DNA from: a virus
Lineage: Duplodnaviria; Caudoviricetes
DNA: 64,000 nt
Virus record (IMG/VR): IMGVR_UViG_3300028393_004061
Location: 1-64,000 of that record
Reading direction: 5' to 3' (one strand)
In this document: positions 39,580-49,409 of the stretch, one piece after another
Layout: every line of letters begins with the position of its first letter
Position numbering within the stretch: the stretch's first letter is position 1
The notes under the pieces: model-generated
The model's input: the letters and a program-made list of their open reading frames with translations, nothing else
What the model was told of the DNA's origin: nothing
Database searches by the model: none
Made by a program: the position numbers and the translations under genes

Positions 39580-41052
39580 ATGATGAAAAATAAATTTGCT
39601 AATTATATTGCGTATAGAGAACAGAATGAAGACAAGCCAAATAACAATGTATTGTCTAAAATAAAACTTAAAAAGAATGATGGTTCTAATGACTTTTTAC
39701 CATTCTCAGTATCGAAATCATCAAGGCCAAATCTTAGGATTTTGCTTAAGGCTTTTGATATAAGCGATCAAGTTTCTCTTGGCTATACAACTATTGAAAA
39801 AAATAAAGGCGAAGTAGAGCCAACTCTTAAAAAGAAAGTTATTTATCTTACTGGTGGTGCCGTAAGAGATCACTTGAAAAATAAAACTCCAAAAAACTAC
39901 AATCTCGTCACCAATGCTACGGCTAGTGAAATTAAATTAATATTAAAGCACCCAGATAATAGATTTATTGAAATAGCACCACAAAAACCAGAAAAAGCAT
40001 CACTTGAAAAGTACAATCGATTACCAGAAGCATCTGAAAAAAATAAAATGTTTTATGCTTCGAGATGGGATAAAAGCGGAAAAGAAATTGAATTCACAAT
40101 TGTAATCAATGATGAAAAGTTTAATTTGGCAACCATGAGCAAGGCATCTAAAAGTGGAATGGTAGAACCAGAATCGGCAGATAGTACTGATTCTATTGAA
40201 GATGATGCTCACAATAGAGACTTTACAATTAATTCTCTTTACTTGCCTTTGAATAACTCAGATGGAGATAATACAGACTTAATTGATATGTATGGTGGCG
40301 CACATCACCTTAAAAACAATCAGATTGTTAGCGTAAATGATGATTTCGAATCCAGAGTAAACGAAGATCCAAGTACTGCACTTCGATATATTCGAATGAT
40401 ATCAAAATTTGGAGATTCTGATAGACCTTCCAAAAAACATATAAGTATCATCAAGAAAAATGATAAATTATTTGATCTTCCAAAAGATGTTTTGAAAAAA
40501 GAATTTTTATCTAATCTCGAAGATCCAGATATCGATACAAGAAAGTATTTAAAGTTACTTGATGGTCTTGGTATTCTACATCACATTCATCCAGCTTCAA
40601 ATTTAGATGATATGCCACCAAATCTAGTTGGTGATCGTTGGTTAACTCCAGCTTGGTTGGCAAAAGATGAAGATGCAGAAAGCCTTAAAGATATGCTTAT
40701 AGATCATGGTTGGAGCAAACAAGAAGCTTCTGATATTTCACATCTTGTTAAAATGCATCAATGGGCAAAAAATAAATATGATCCTAATATGTTTTATGAT
40801 TTAAAGAATCACAAGCATGGTATGACATCAAATAAAGTCAAAGAATGGATGAAGATGAGCAATTTCAAAGATCCTCAAGTAGCCGCCTTCTTTATGCATG
40901 ATGATTCTGATTTAAAACCATATGTTGATACCAGCATGGGCAAAAAGATTAACCCAGAATATATAAATTCTCTTGGTCGCACTCCACAAGGTGATGATTT
41001 TGAAAAAACAAAAAGACATTTATCAACAAAAAGATTTATGGATAGCTATTGA
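39580..41052 (+). CDS. CCA-adding/poly(A) polymerase-fold protein with degenerate catalytic motifs
   Basis: YLTGGAVRD, KNYNLVTNA (DxD replaced by NxN), NRDFTINSL, DMYGG..HL, EDPSTALRYIR. Confidence 0.8.
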   Translation: MMKNKFANYIAYREQNEDKPNNNVLSKIKLKKNDGSNDFLPFSVSKSSRPNLRILLKAFDISDQVSLGYTTIEKNKGEVEPTLKKKVIYLTGGAVRDHLKNKTPKNYNLVTNATASEIKLILKHPDNRFIEIAPQKPEKASLEKYNRLPEASEKNKMFYASRWDKSGKEIEFTIVINDEKFNLATMSKASKSGMVEPESADSTDSIEDDAHNRDFTINSLYLPLNNSDGDNTDLIDMYGGAHHLKNNQIVSVNDDFESRVNEDPSTALRYIRMISKFGDSDRPSKKHISIIKKNDKLFDLPKDVLKKEFLSNLEDPDIDTRKYLKLLDGLGILHHIHPASNLDDMPPNLVGDRWLTPAWLAKDEDAESLKDMLIDHGWSKQEASDISHLVKMHQWAKNKYDPNMFYDLKNHKHGMTSNKVKEWMKMSNFKDPQVAAFFMHDDSDLKPYVDTSMGKKINPEYINSLGRTPQGDDFEKTKRHLSTKRFMDSY

Positions 41053-41150
41053 TAATATTGTGGTAAATAAATTATATAAATTTAATATTTTTGTATTAAT
41101 CAATAATTTAAATATTTATCAATAAAACTTATTTTTAATAAAAATCAATT

Positions 41151-41852
41151 ATGATAATACAATCTTTATGGATAGGAAATAATTTAAGCAGAATGGAGGT
41201 TTCATCCATAAAGTCATTTTTATCTTTAGGATATACTTATCATTTGTATTCTTATTCACATATAAATAATGTTCCCAAAGGCGTAAAAATTTTAGATGGA
41301 AATGAAATTATAGATAGATCTGAAATTTTTACTTATAATCTTCCAGATCATCTAGGGGGCAATAGCTTTTCTGCATTTTCTAATTTTTTTAGATACAAAT
41401 TACTTTATGAAAAAGGTGGCTGGTGGGTTGATACTGATGTTTATGCTTTGAGACATTTGCCTTTAAATGAATATGTTTTGGCAAAAGAAAATGAAAATAA
41501 AATTTCTTCATGTATATTAAAATTTCCTCCAAAACATAAATTTAGTAAGATTTGTTTTGAAAAATGCAAAGAGAAAAATAAAGATAATTTAAAATGGGGA
41601 GAGACTGGACCATTATTGGTTACTGAGGTTGCCAAACAAATGAAATTAGAAACTTTTAAAGTACAAGAATTTTTTCCTATAAATTATGATGAGATTGAAA
41701 TGTTTTTTAAACCGATAAATATTCCAAGTTCTTATACGATTCATTTTTGGAATGAAATGTGGAGAAGAAAAAAAATATATAAAAATAAAGTATATGATAA
41801 AAAAACTTTGTATGAAAGACTTATTTCTACTTTTGAAACAAAACTTTTATAA
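41151..41852 (+). CDS. GT32-like (DxD sugar-binding) glycosyltransferase
   Basis: IQSLWIG; FSNFFRYKLLYEKGGWWVDTD; WGETGP.L; YTIHFWN. Confidence 0.85.
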   Translation: MIIQSLWIGNNLSRMEVSSIKSFLSLGYTYHLYSYSHINNVPKGVKILDGNEIIDRSEIFTYNLPDHLGGNSFSAFSNFFRYKLLYEKGGWWVDTDVYALRHLPLNEYVLAKENENKISSCILKFPPKHKFSKICFEKCKEKNKDNLKWGETGPLLVTEVAKQMKLETFKVQEFFPINYDEIEMFFKPINIPSSYTIHFWNEMWRRKKIYKNKVYDKKTLYERLISTFETKLL

Positions 41853-42401
41853 TAATAAATTTAAAAAACTTTTTTTACTTTTAATCTTTAGTAAAAAAGT
41901 ATAATCTTTTGTCCACAATAAATCATAAATGTTTTGTTGAATTACACGCATGACAGCTTTTTGTACTTGTTTTTTTTGCCAGTCATCTCCAAGTAATAAA
42001 CCGTCTTTTTTCAATAGCGGAAAACATTCTAGTAAATCCCAATACACGCTTTCCTCTTTGTGGCAAGCATCCAAATAAATAAAATCAATACTTTCTTTTT
42101 TAAAATATTTTTTTATATTTATAGATTTATCTTCTATGATATTTACTCTATTCAAAAAATCATATTTAAATAAATTATTTTTAAAATATTGTTTTGTTTT
42201 ATTTGGCCATATATCAAAACAATTCAATTTTATATATTCGTTTTTTTTAAGCATAAATATGGCAGATCTTCCTTTCCAACTTCCAATTTCTACTATAGTT
42301 GATTGAAGATTGTATGAGGCTAACAATTCACTAATTACATTTTCATGTTCTTCAACCATCCAATTTTCATGTAAATCATCATATTTATTTGTAATTGCCA
42401 T
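41847..42401 (-). CDS. Class I SAM methyltransferase (Methyltransf_24-like)
   Basis: IVEIGSWKGRS; IDFIYLDACH..V..D....LK..G...GDDW. Confidence 0.85.
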   Translation of the reverse strand: MAITNKYDDLHENWMVEEHENVISELLASYNLQSTIVEIGSWKGRSAIFMLKKNEYIKLNCFDIWPNKTKQYFKNNLFKYDFLNRVNIIEDKSINIKKYFKKESIDFIYLDACHKEESVYWDLLECFPLLKKDGLLLGDDWQKKQVQKAVMRVIQQNIYDLLWTKDYTFLLKIKSKKSFLNLLL

Positions 42402-43078
42402 TATATCTCTATTTTTTTGGGCAAATGTTTTTCTATAATTTTTTTATATTTATCTAAATTCAATTTTGGAATATTGTAAATAGACTTTGTAAGTTTATCA
42501 TGTTCTGTGAATGGTAAAATGTATTTATCTATCATTTTTTTATCATATGAATCTGCGTATTTATAAGAATTTTTTAAATTTATGCTATGATATCTTATAA
42601 GCCATAAATAATTTTCTGATAAATATGGTTTTAATTTCATGTATGCAAACTCATCATGATTCCAATTCGTTATACAATTTTTCCAACCAATATTTTCTTT
42701 ATGCTCACCAACTATTCCGTTGTCGCAAACAATATTTTCTGGTAATTCATCCGTAAGAAGTAATATTTTTCCAAAATCATGAAGAATTCCTGCCACAATG
42801 AATTCTTCATCAATAACTTTTTTATTTTCCATACTTTCTACAACTTGTAAAGTATGTATCCATTGATTCGTACAATAAAGTTCCTTATCGGTAGGATCGA
42901 TGCACAATGAAAGTTTTTCAATAAGACTCCATGGTTCGACTAATCCAAAAATTACATTTTTATATTTTTTGTTTAAATCTTCTATTTGATTGGCACTTTG
43001 ATTCCAATGAGCCTTTTTGATTTTTCTAGCATTGCCATCGAATTCCATCTGATTTAAATTATTGTTAGACTTTAGCAT
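42401..43078 (-). CDS. myo-inositol oxygenase (MIOX)-like HD-domain di-iron enzyme
   Basis: IDPTD, QWIHTLQ, LHDFGK, IVCDN, WNHDEF, IRYHS, EHDKLTK match the MIOX substrate and metal motifs in order. Confidence 0.75.
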   Translation of the reverse strand: MLKSNNNLNQMEFDGNARKIKKAHWNQSANQIEDLNKKYKNVIFGLVEPWSLIEKLSLCIDPTDKELYCTNQWIHTLQVVESMENKKVIDEEFIVAGILHDFGKILLLTDELPENIVCDNGIVGEHKENIGWKNCITNWNHDEFAYMKLKPYLSENYLWLIRYHSINLKNSYKYADSYDKKMIDKYILPFTEHDKLTKSIYNIPKLNLDKYKKIIEKHLPKKIEI

Positions 43079-43092
43079 TTTTTCTCTTTGAC

Positions 43093-43785
43093 TTATAAAA
43101 GAATATCTTTATATTGTTGGCCTTTAAGCCATATATCATTTTTATAATGAATAATTTTTACATTAGATGGAAAAACTTCTTTAAAATAGTAAAAATTATA
43201 AATATCAGTTGGTACTGTTAAAATTTTCAATTCATTATAATAAATTAAATCATTTCTCTGAAAATCTAAATTTAAAATAATATTTAATGCTAATTGATCA
43301 TTTTTATGTGTTTCAGACATTTTTATCCATTTAGATAAGAAGTTTATGGTTTGTTGTGTGTATTTGAAAAACATAACTCCTGCATTTATTTTTCCCATAA
43401 CGAATCTATGATCTTTTACAGGTTCATTTTTTAATTCTGATTCTCTACGAATTGTTAAACCTATGTCAAAATCTTTTTCTTTTATTTCGTTCAAAGGTTG
43501 ATATAGAACTGCGTCTGCATCAAGATAGACTATTGTTTTTTTATATTCCAGCAAAGCATCAAAAATAATTTGTGGTTTATGTATAGCCTTAGATTTCCAT
43601 GTGTTGTTTACATGGCAATAAAACCCATCTTTTTGAAATGTTTGATTTTTAACAATATATGACTTTCCATAACCAAGATTTCCAAGATCATAAATAACTG
43701 GTGTGTAATTTAATTTGATTGTATTTTTAATAGACAATTCAACAATTTTTTTAAATTTTTTATTAGCAGCAGTTAATATAATCAT
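43093..43785 (-). CDS. Nucleotide-diphospho-sugar transferase (GT77-like)
   Basis: KPQII..AL.....IVYLDAD; INAGVMFF; NDQ.ALN; KIIHY. Confidence 0.75.
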   Translation of the reverse strand: MIILTAANKKFKKIVELSIKNTIKLNYTPVIYDLGNLGYGKSYIVKNQTFQKDGFYCHVNNTWKSKAIHKPQIIFDALLEYKKTIVYLDADAVLYQPLNEIKEKDFDIGLTIRRESELKNEPVKDHRFVMGKINAGVMFFKYTQQTINFLSKWIKMSETHKNDQLALNIILNLDFQRNDLIYYNELKILTVPTDIYNFYYFKEVFPSNVKIIHYKNDIWLKGQQYKDILL

Positions 43786-43786
43786 T

Positions 43787-44770
43787 TTATAAATTCTTTA
43801 TAAATTTTGCAAAATCATATGTTAATTTATTTATATTCCAAGATTCTATTAATTTATTTTTATTGTCTTCTAAAGTTTCATGAATATTTTCATAATTTGA
43901 TAAAACCATTTCTATTTTTTGCTCCAAGTCGCAAAAATCTGGCGAACATGGAATATATCTTTTTCCATTTTCAAATATATCAATAGGATAGCAAAAAACA
44001 TGATTACTATTTGGTTTAATCAAAACTGTTTTGGTATACATAGATTGAAAATCTCTATAATTCCATTCCCCCATACCCCATGGAGATAAGCAAATTTTAG
44101 ATTTATTTAATATGTCTTGATATGTTTTTTGATCAAGTGTTATTTTTCCATTTTTTTCTGCATACAAAAAAACATTATATTTTGATTTCAATTCGTTTAA
44201 TTTTTTTACAACTATATTACGATGCCAATTCAATATATTTGGTTTACTTATACCATCATAACAAATATTTCCAACAAACATCACATCATATTCTTTTTTA
44301 CATGATGGCAAATTTTTATAAGATAAAAATCTATCTTGTATTGATGTTGGTATTAGACATTTAATTTTTTTTAAATTGTCACAAGATATTTTTATATTTT
44401 GCTCTTCATTTTCACCTAATTTTGCATAATTATTTAGTAATTTGCAATGGTATCTTCCAGAATACACATCTGAATTATGCAACTTTTCATCTCTTAAAGT
44501 TGTTGTTTTTATTATAGATAAAACATCATTTCTATCAATTGCCTCCCTAACATGTTTATGATATAATATCGAAGAATCTGCTCTCTCTATAATAATTTTA
44601 GGTTGTTTGTTTTCAATATATTCAGGATATAATCTGCTATGTATTAGTAAAATGTCTGCATTATTTTTTGTAAAGCTTATTCCATAGTCCTCTAAATTAT
44701 ATTTAAGTATTGGCGAAGGCTCCGTTTTTTCTGTTCCAATATCACCCAAAATAGGATTTATTCGAATCAT
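43787..44770 (-). CDS. GT-B glycosyltransferase (Glyco_trans_1_2-like), paralog A
   Basis: YDVMFVG; SKICLSPWGMGEWNYRDF...VLIKP. Confidence 0.7.
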   Translation of the reverse strand: MIRINPILGDIGTEKTEPSPILKYNLEDYGISFTKNNADILLIHSRLYPEYIENKQPKIIIERADSSILYHKHVREAIDRNDVLSIIKTTTLRDEKLHNSDVYSGRYHCKLLNNYAKLGENEEQNIKISCDNLKKIKCLIPTSIQDRFLSYKNLPSCKKEYDVMFVGNICYDGISKPNILNWHRNIVVKKLNELKSKYNVFLYAEKNGKITLDQKTYQDILNKSKICLSPWGMGEWNYRDFQSMYTKTVLIKPNSNHVFCYPIDIFENGKRYIPCSPDFCDLEQKIEMVLSNYENIHETLEDNKNKLIESWNINKLTYDFAKFIKNL

Positions 44771-45486
44771 AATTTTATCCTATTTTTTAAAAACAAATTA
44801 AGCTCATTTTTTCTATATCCATGAAAATGTATTATTTTTGTTTTTGAATTAAAATATTCACATATTGGAGCATAAGTATTACCTATGCTCCAACTTGTAT
44901 TATATTCTTTATTTAAAATCAATCCATTTAATTTTATACATATAAATGTAAAAATTAATTCATCTAAAAATGTAATACTCAATAAGTTTTTCTTTTTTTC
45001 CCAATATTCTTTAAAAAGAGAAGAAATCAAATTTGAGTTTTGAAAAATACATCCTCCATTTAACTTTTCTCCTATTTCTGGCCATGCTGCAAAAGTCTTT
45101 TGGCCTAATTCTTTTGGCATAGCCATGCAGGTTTCTAAATCATCTATTTCATCTATATTCCTAATAATTAAACAATCTAGATCAAGAACTAGGCATCTCC
45201 CTAGATAATCAAAGGATTGAGATTTCATCCAACCAACCTTATGCAATACATCACTTTTGTAAGGTGGTTCATGATCAATTATCTTTACCACATCATATTT
45301 CCATATTTTGGGAATTTTTGTAGTCTCATCGGTCAATAATATTGGTTCCATTTTTGTTTCGCTTCTTTTATAAAAATCTAACCATATATTTAAAAGATTT
45401 TCCGAAACAGAGTGATGTTTTCTTTTAGTGTCTAACTTTTCATCAAAGTATATAATGCTTATTTTTGTTTTCATAATACAATCCAA
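44767..45486 (-). CDS. GT8-like glycosyltransferase
   Basis: LVLDLDC (DxD), NGGCI, DELI, IIHFHG. Confidence 0.65.
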   Translation of the reverse strand: MDCIMKTKISIIYFDEKLDTKRKHHSVSENLLNIWLDFYKRSETKMEPILLTDETTKIPKIWKYDVVKIIDHEPPYKSDVLHKVGWMKSQSFDYLGRCLVLDLDCLIIRNIDEIDDLETCMAMPKELGQKTFAAWPEIGEKLNGGCIFQNSNLISSLFKEYWEKKKNLLSITFLDELIFTFICIKLNGLILNKEYNTSWSIGNTYAPICEYFNSKTKIIHFHGYRKNELNLFLKNRIKL

Positions 45487-46213
45487 TAGTTTTTTCTATA
45501 AATGGCTTTGCCCAAAAAATGCAAAAAGGTATATTGACTTTTTTTATGTTTTTGTGAATATATAATATATTTTTTATATTTTTTATATTCCTTAAACATG
45601 ATATAGAACATATTGTTTTATTTCCCACATTTAAATTTTTTTTTATATGTATAAAATTTAGAAAATCAATATGATCATTTACTGATTGGCTTGTTTTGAA
45701 AACTTCTTCCTGTAGCTTAAGAACACCTTTTTTAGTCATGGCAAAATTATTTGAATGAAGTTTTCTTTTTTGTTTGAAATTGAACCATGGCTGACTAGGC
45801 AATTCTTCGTTTGGATACATGACACTTGTAATAAACTCACAAGAATCCCAATATATCAAATCGTAGGAAAAAATATCTTTCACATTCAACAAACTATCAA
45901 TTAAATCTGGTGAATATAAATCATCATCGTCTGTAAATAAAAAAATAGAATTTGAGTCACAATCTAATACTTCAGACCAAGTAAATAATTGTTTAGATGG
46001 AATCTTTTTCCAATTATCTAATGCTATATCAACTATTTTTTGTCTAAATTCAAAGTACTTATATAATAATTTTTTATCCCATTCTTTTATCAAGTCTAGA
46101 ATTATTTTCATATCCCATGGTCTATTTTGTTGTAAGAAATTTTCATAATTTAATTCTTTATAATTCACTTTATTGCTTACATAAGTATAAACATTGATAT
46201 TTTTATATGCCAT
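45443..46213 (-). CDS. Hypothetical GT-A-like protein
   Basis: FLFTDDDD acidic motif; start moved to 46213 (MAYKN) because the longer version overlaps the divergent gene. Confidence 0.55.
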   Translation of the reverse strand: MAYKNINVYTYVSNKVNYKELNYENFLQQNRPWDMKIILDLIKEWDKKLLYKYFEFRQKIVDIALDNWKKIPSKQLFTWSEVLDCDSNSIFLFTDDDDLYSPDLIDSLLNVKDIFSYDLIYWDSCEFITSVMYPNEELPSQPWFNFKQKRKLHSNNFAMTKKGVLKLQEEVFKTSQSVNDHIDFLNFIHIKKNLNVGNKTICSISCLRNIKNIKNILYIHKNIKKVNIPFCIFWAKPFIEKTIGLYYENKNKHYIL

Positions 46214-46226
46214 GATTTGATTATTT

Positions 46227-46778
46227 ATGATTATAAAACCAAAAAATAGAATTGAACTTTTAAACATTTTACCTAAAAATGGCATAGTTGCTGAAATAGG
46301 AGTTAAAAGTGGTCTGTTTGCCAAGCACATTTATGAGATTTCACAACCCAAAAAAATATTTTTGATAGATTGTTGGGAAAGTCAGAAAGGATCTTACGAA
46401 ATTGATTCTACAAATAATCAAAATCATGAAAAGTGCTATAAAGATGTATTAAATCATTTTGGTAAATATAAAAACGCAATAATCATAAAAGATTATTCGC
46501 ATAATGCTTGCAAATGCTTTGAAAATAACTTTTTTGATTGGGTTTATATTGATGCCAATCATACTTATGATGCAATTTTTAACGATATAAATAATTGGTG
46601 GCCACTGATTAAAAATAATGGGTACATATGTGGACATGATTATTTTACAGATTATTGGGTCGATGTTGAATTGGCAGTTAATAACTTTTTAAAATTAAAT
46701 AAAAAAAATCTATATGCTTTAACCTTATCGAAATATCCTAGTTGGTGCATTAAGAAAAATGAAATTAAATTAATATGA
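46227..46778 (+). CDS. Class I SAM methyltransferase (Methyltransf_24-like)
   Basis: VAEIGVKSG; IDCW; FDWVYIDANHTY...D...W...K..G.I.GHDY. Confidence 0.9.
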   Translation: MIIKPKNRIELLNILPKNGIVAEIGVKSGLFAKHIYEISQPKKIFLIDCWESQKGSYEIDSTNNQNHEKCYKDVLNHFGKYKNAIIIKDYSHNACKCFENNFFDWVYIDANHTYDAIFNDINNWWPLIKNNGYICGHDYFTDYWVDVELAVNNFLKLNKKNLYALTLSKYPSWCIKKNEIKLI

Positions 46779-47488
46779 AAGAAATTAGAATAATAGGCAT
46801 GATGCGATCTGGACATCATGCAATTGCAAACTGGATTTTCAATCAAGCCAAGGAAACTGTTTTTTTTATAAATAGGATTCAAGGAAAGAAAATTCACTAT
46901 ACAAATATAGATTTTACCTTTTGGAAACCAGACTATTTTATCTACAATTTTGAAGATGAAAAAATTGAACAGGTTATTGAGGCAATATCAAGAATTAAGT
47001 TTTTTTATGACTTAGAAGAAAACTATAAATATATAGTAGTAATTAGAGATCCATATAATTTATTTGCAAGTAGAGCAAAAAAAGAAGAAGATCTTAAAAG
47101 TGTTGGCAAGAATACAACTTCTATGGTTGGAAATTTAACTTCCGAAGCAATTGAATTGTGGAAAGAATTAGCCTATGAATATTTAGATAATAAATCCATA
47201 CTTAAAAACAAAATATGTGTAAATTATAATTTATGGTCATCATGTAAAAAATATAGACAAAAATTAGCTAAAAAAATTGGAATTTATTTTACAGATGAAG
47301 GATTTAGAGAGGTACCAGTTTTTGGCAATGGAAGTAGTTTTGATTTCATGAAATACAATGGTAATGCACAAAATATGAAAATACATGAAAGATATAAGGA
47401 ATACTCAAACTGTTCTTGGTTCAAATCTATATTCGATAAAGAGACTAAAGAATTAAGTCAACATATATTTAAAATATCTCCATTTTAA
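46775..47488 (+). CDS. Sulfotransferase-like protein
   Basis: GMMRSGHHAI 5'-PSB loop; VIRDPYN..ASR 3'-PB motif. Confidence 0.7.
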   Translation: MKEIRIIGMMRSGHHAIANWIFNQAKETVFFINRIQGKKIHYTNIDFTFWKPDYFIYNFEDEKIEQVIEAISRIKFFYDLEENYKYIVVIRDPYNLFASRAKKEEDLKSVGKNTTSMVGNLTSEAIELWKELAYEYLDNKSILKNKICVNYNLWSSCKKYRQKLAKKIGIYFTDEGFREVPVFGNGSSFDFMKYNGNAQNMKIHERYKEYSNCSWFKSIFDKETKELSQHIFKISPF

Positions 47489-47505
47489 AACACATAAACA
47501 TTATA

Positions 47506-48486
47506 TTAATTTTTTTGTAAATATTGATTGTATGACTCTATAATTTCTTTTGCCCAAATTTCAGCCAACCAATTTTCATTCCATGAAGATAAAATTTTAT
47601 TTCTAGCTTGGACTCTCATGAATTCTAAATTTTTCCAATTATTTAAAATATAATAAATTTTATCCATTAAATCTGAACAATCAACATTAAAAGGAACATA
47701 ATAATTATTTTTAAAAATATTTGGTAATGAAACAACATGGTCACTATTTGGCTTTAGAAGAATTGCACCACAATAAATTGCATCAAAATCTCTATAACAC
47801 ATTTCTCCCCATCCCCAAGGAGAAATACAAATTTTCGAATTCAACAAAGAATTTATCCAATCTTTTCTTTTTAAAATTTTATTTACAAGTTTACTACAAT
47901 TTAATTGTTCTAATTTTTGACTTATAGATTTTCTATGACAAAAAATTACAGGGGAATCTTGCCACATATTGCAAAGATAATTTACATCTATTTTTCTTTC
48001 TTGTTTGTAATTTATTTTTTGTCTTCTTACTTCATTGAATAATTCTTGACAACAAAGAGGAACCATACATTTTATTTTATTTAATGCTTTTTCAGACATC
48101 GAATTAGTAAAAACCAATGAATCATTCAATTTAAAAGCATTTTTGATTAATTCAAAATGATATCTATCTGTTCCGCAATTATTTATTTTTTTTGGATCAC
48201 ATATAGATGTTTTAAATATTCCCAAAACATTTTTTTCTTCGGCCATTTCTCTTACACATTCATTATGCACTATGCAAGAATCTGCTCTTTCTAAAATAAT
48301 CGTAGGTTTTTTTACTGATAATGCTTTTTTATGATGTGATATAAGTATGTCATAATTAAAGTCGCTAATAGTAATTCCATATTGTGCAAATTTTTCTTTA
48401 CATCTTAGTAAAGGAATTATTTGATCTATTGCTTCTTTTCTTTCTTCCAAATTAAATTTTACTTTTATATTTTTATATTTCAACAT
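47506..48486 (-). CDS. GT-B glycosyltransferase, paralog B of 43787-44770
   Basis: Shares IxERADS, KC.(I/V)P, SKIC.SPWG.GE..YRDF, KPNS.HV. Confidence 0.7.
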   Translation of the reverse strand: MLKYKNIKVKFNLEERKEAIDQIIPLLRCKEKFAQYGITISDFNYDILISHHKKALSVKKPTIILERADSCIVHNECVREMAEEKNVLGIFKTSICDPKKINNCGTDRYHFELIKNAFKLNDSLVFTNSMSEKALNKIKCMVPLCCQELFNEVRRQKINYKQERKIDVNYLCNMWQDSPVIFCHRKSISQKLEQLNCSKLVNKILKRKDWINSLLNSKICISPWGWGEMCYRDFDAIYCGAILLKPNSDHVVSLPNIFKNNYYVPFNVDCSDLMDKIYYILNNWKNLEFMRVQARNKILSSWNENWLAEIWAKEIIESYNQYLQKN

Positions 48487-48494
48487 ATGCTAAA

Positions 48495-49340
48495 TTATAA
48501 CAAATTAATATAATTTTTTCCATGTTTGTTTAAAAACTCTTTTAAGCTTACTTGGTTTGATAAATTGCTTATATTTAATTCTTCTGCCGAACTCAAAATA
48601 GAATCGTGTATTGGTAAATTCCATTTTTTGCAAAATTTTACACCATTGTATAATCCCATCAACCTAACTAAGCTTCTTGAATCGGAATAATTATAATCAA
48701 TATAATTGTGATGCAAATGAAGCTCGTTGCACTCAATTGGAATAAAATTATATTTTTGATTGTAAGCACTCATGTAAAAATCAATGTCTGGAAATCCCCA
48801 ACCAACAAAACTACCATCAAATCCACCACTCTTGTAATATCCTTTTTTGGTAAAAGCAACACAACCAGACATAGGATTTTTTCTTCTTATGGCATCTATA
48901 GGATTTGAATATACTCTTTGATCTTCTATTACAAAATGTTTATTTTCTTTAAAATTATCACGCACACTTTTTATTGTTTTAAAATCATGATCTTTCAAAA
49001 ATTGATATAGATACTTTGGAAAAACAAATGATTTGTCATCAACTTTTGAATAAATTAATTCAAAGTAGTTTTTAGGCAAAATTCTATCTGAATCAATATA
49101 AATGATTTTATCATTATTTGATTTTTCTATACCAGCCTCAATAGAATTTTTCCAACAATAAAAATTATGATTTCTTTTGACCTCTACATATTCATAATCA
49201 CAATTAAAATTAATTTTACCATCAACACTTATTATAATTTGACATGATTCAAATCCATCCATCTCTTTTAAAAAATCTAATGTTTGCAAAAGGTTTCTTT
49301 TTCTGTCAGTAGAATATAAAATTAAAATGCTATATTTCAT
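48495..49340 (-). CDS. GT2/GT7C-like glycosyltransferase
   Basis: IYIDSD; GGFDGSFVGWGFPDIDF (GT7 GWGxED-like); LHLHH. Confidence 0.75.
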   Translation of the reverse strand: MKYSILILYSTDRKRNLLQTLDFLKEMDGFESCQIIISVDGKINFNCDYEYVEVKRNHNFYCWKNSIEAGIEKSNNDKIIYIDSDRILPKNYFELIYSKVDDKSFVFPKYLYQFLKDHDFKTIKSVRDNFKENKHFVIEDQRVYSNPIDAIRRKNPMSGCVAFTKKGYYKSGGFDGSFVGWGFPDIDFYMSAYNQKYNFIPIECNELHLHHNYIDYNYSDSRSLVRLMGLYNGVKFCKKWNLPIHDSILSSAEELNISNLSNQVSLKEFLNKHGKNYINLL

Positions 49341-49409
49341 TTTTCTTTTTTTAAATTGTGTAAACTTAAACTTATATATCTATAACAATTAAAATATTTT
49401 TAATCTATT

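Noticed and set aside
45443-46330. Longer N-termini given by the ORF track (46330, 55971, 37369, 60362, 59575, 36225, 35183)
   Set aside because: They overlap neighbouring genes or lack an RBS; downstream starts fit RBS/promoter spacing and family N-termini better.
41131-49404. AT-only inverted repeats ending 5 nt before the ATGs at 41151 and 49410 (also one near 34237-34253)
   Set aside because: Stems of 6-7 A/T pairs are expected by chance in such AT-rich DNA and would be unstable; not called as terminators or operators.
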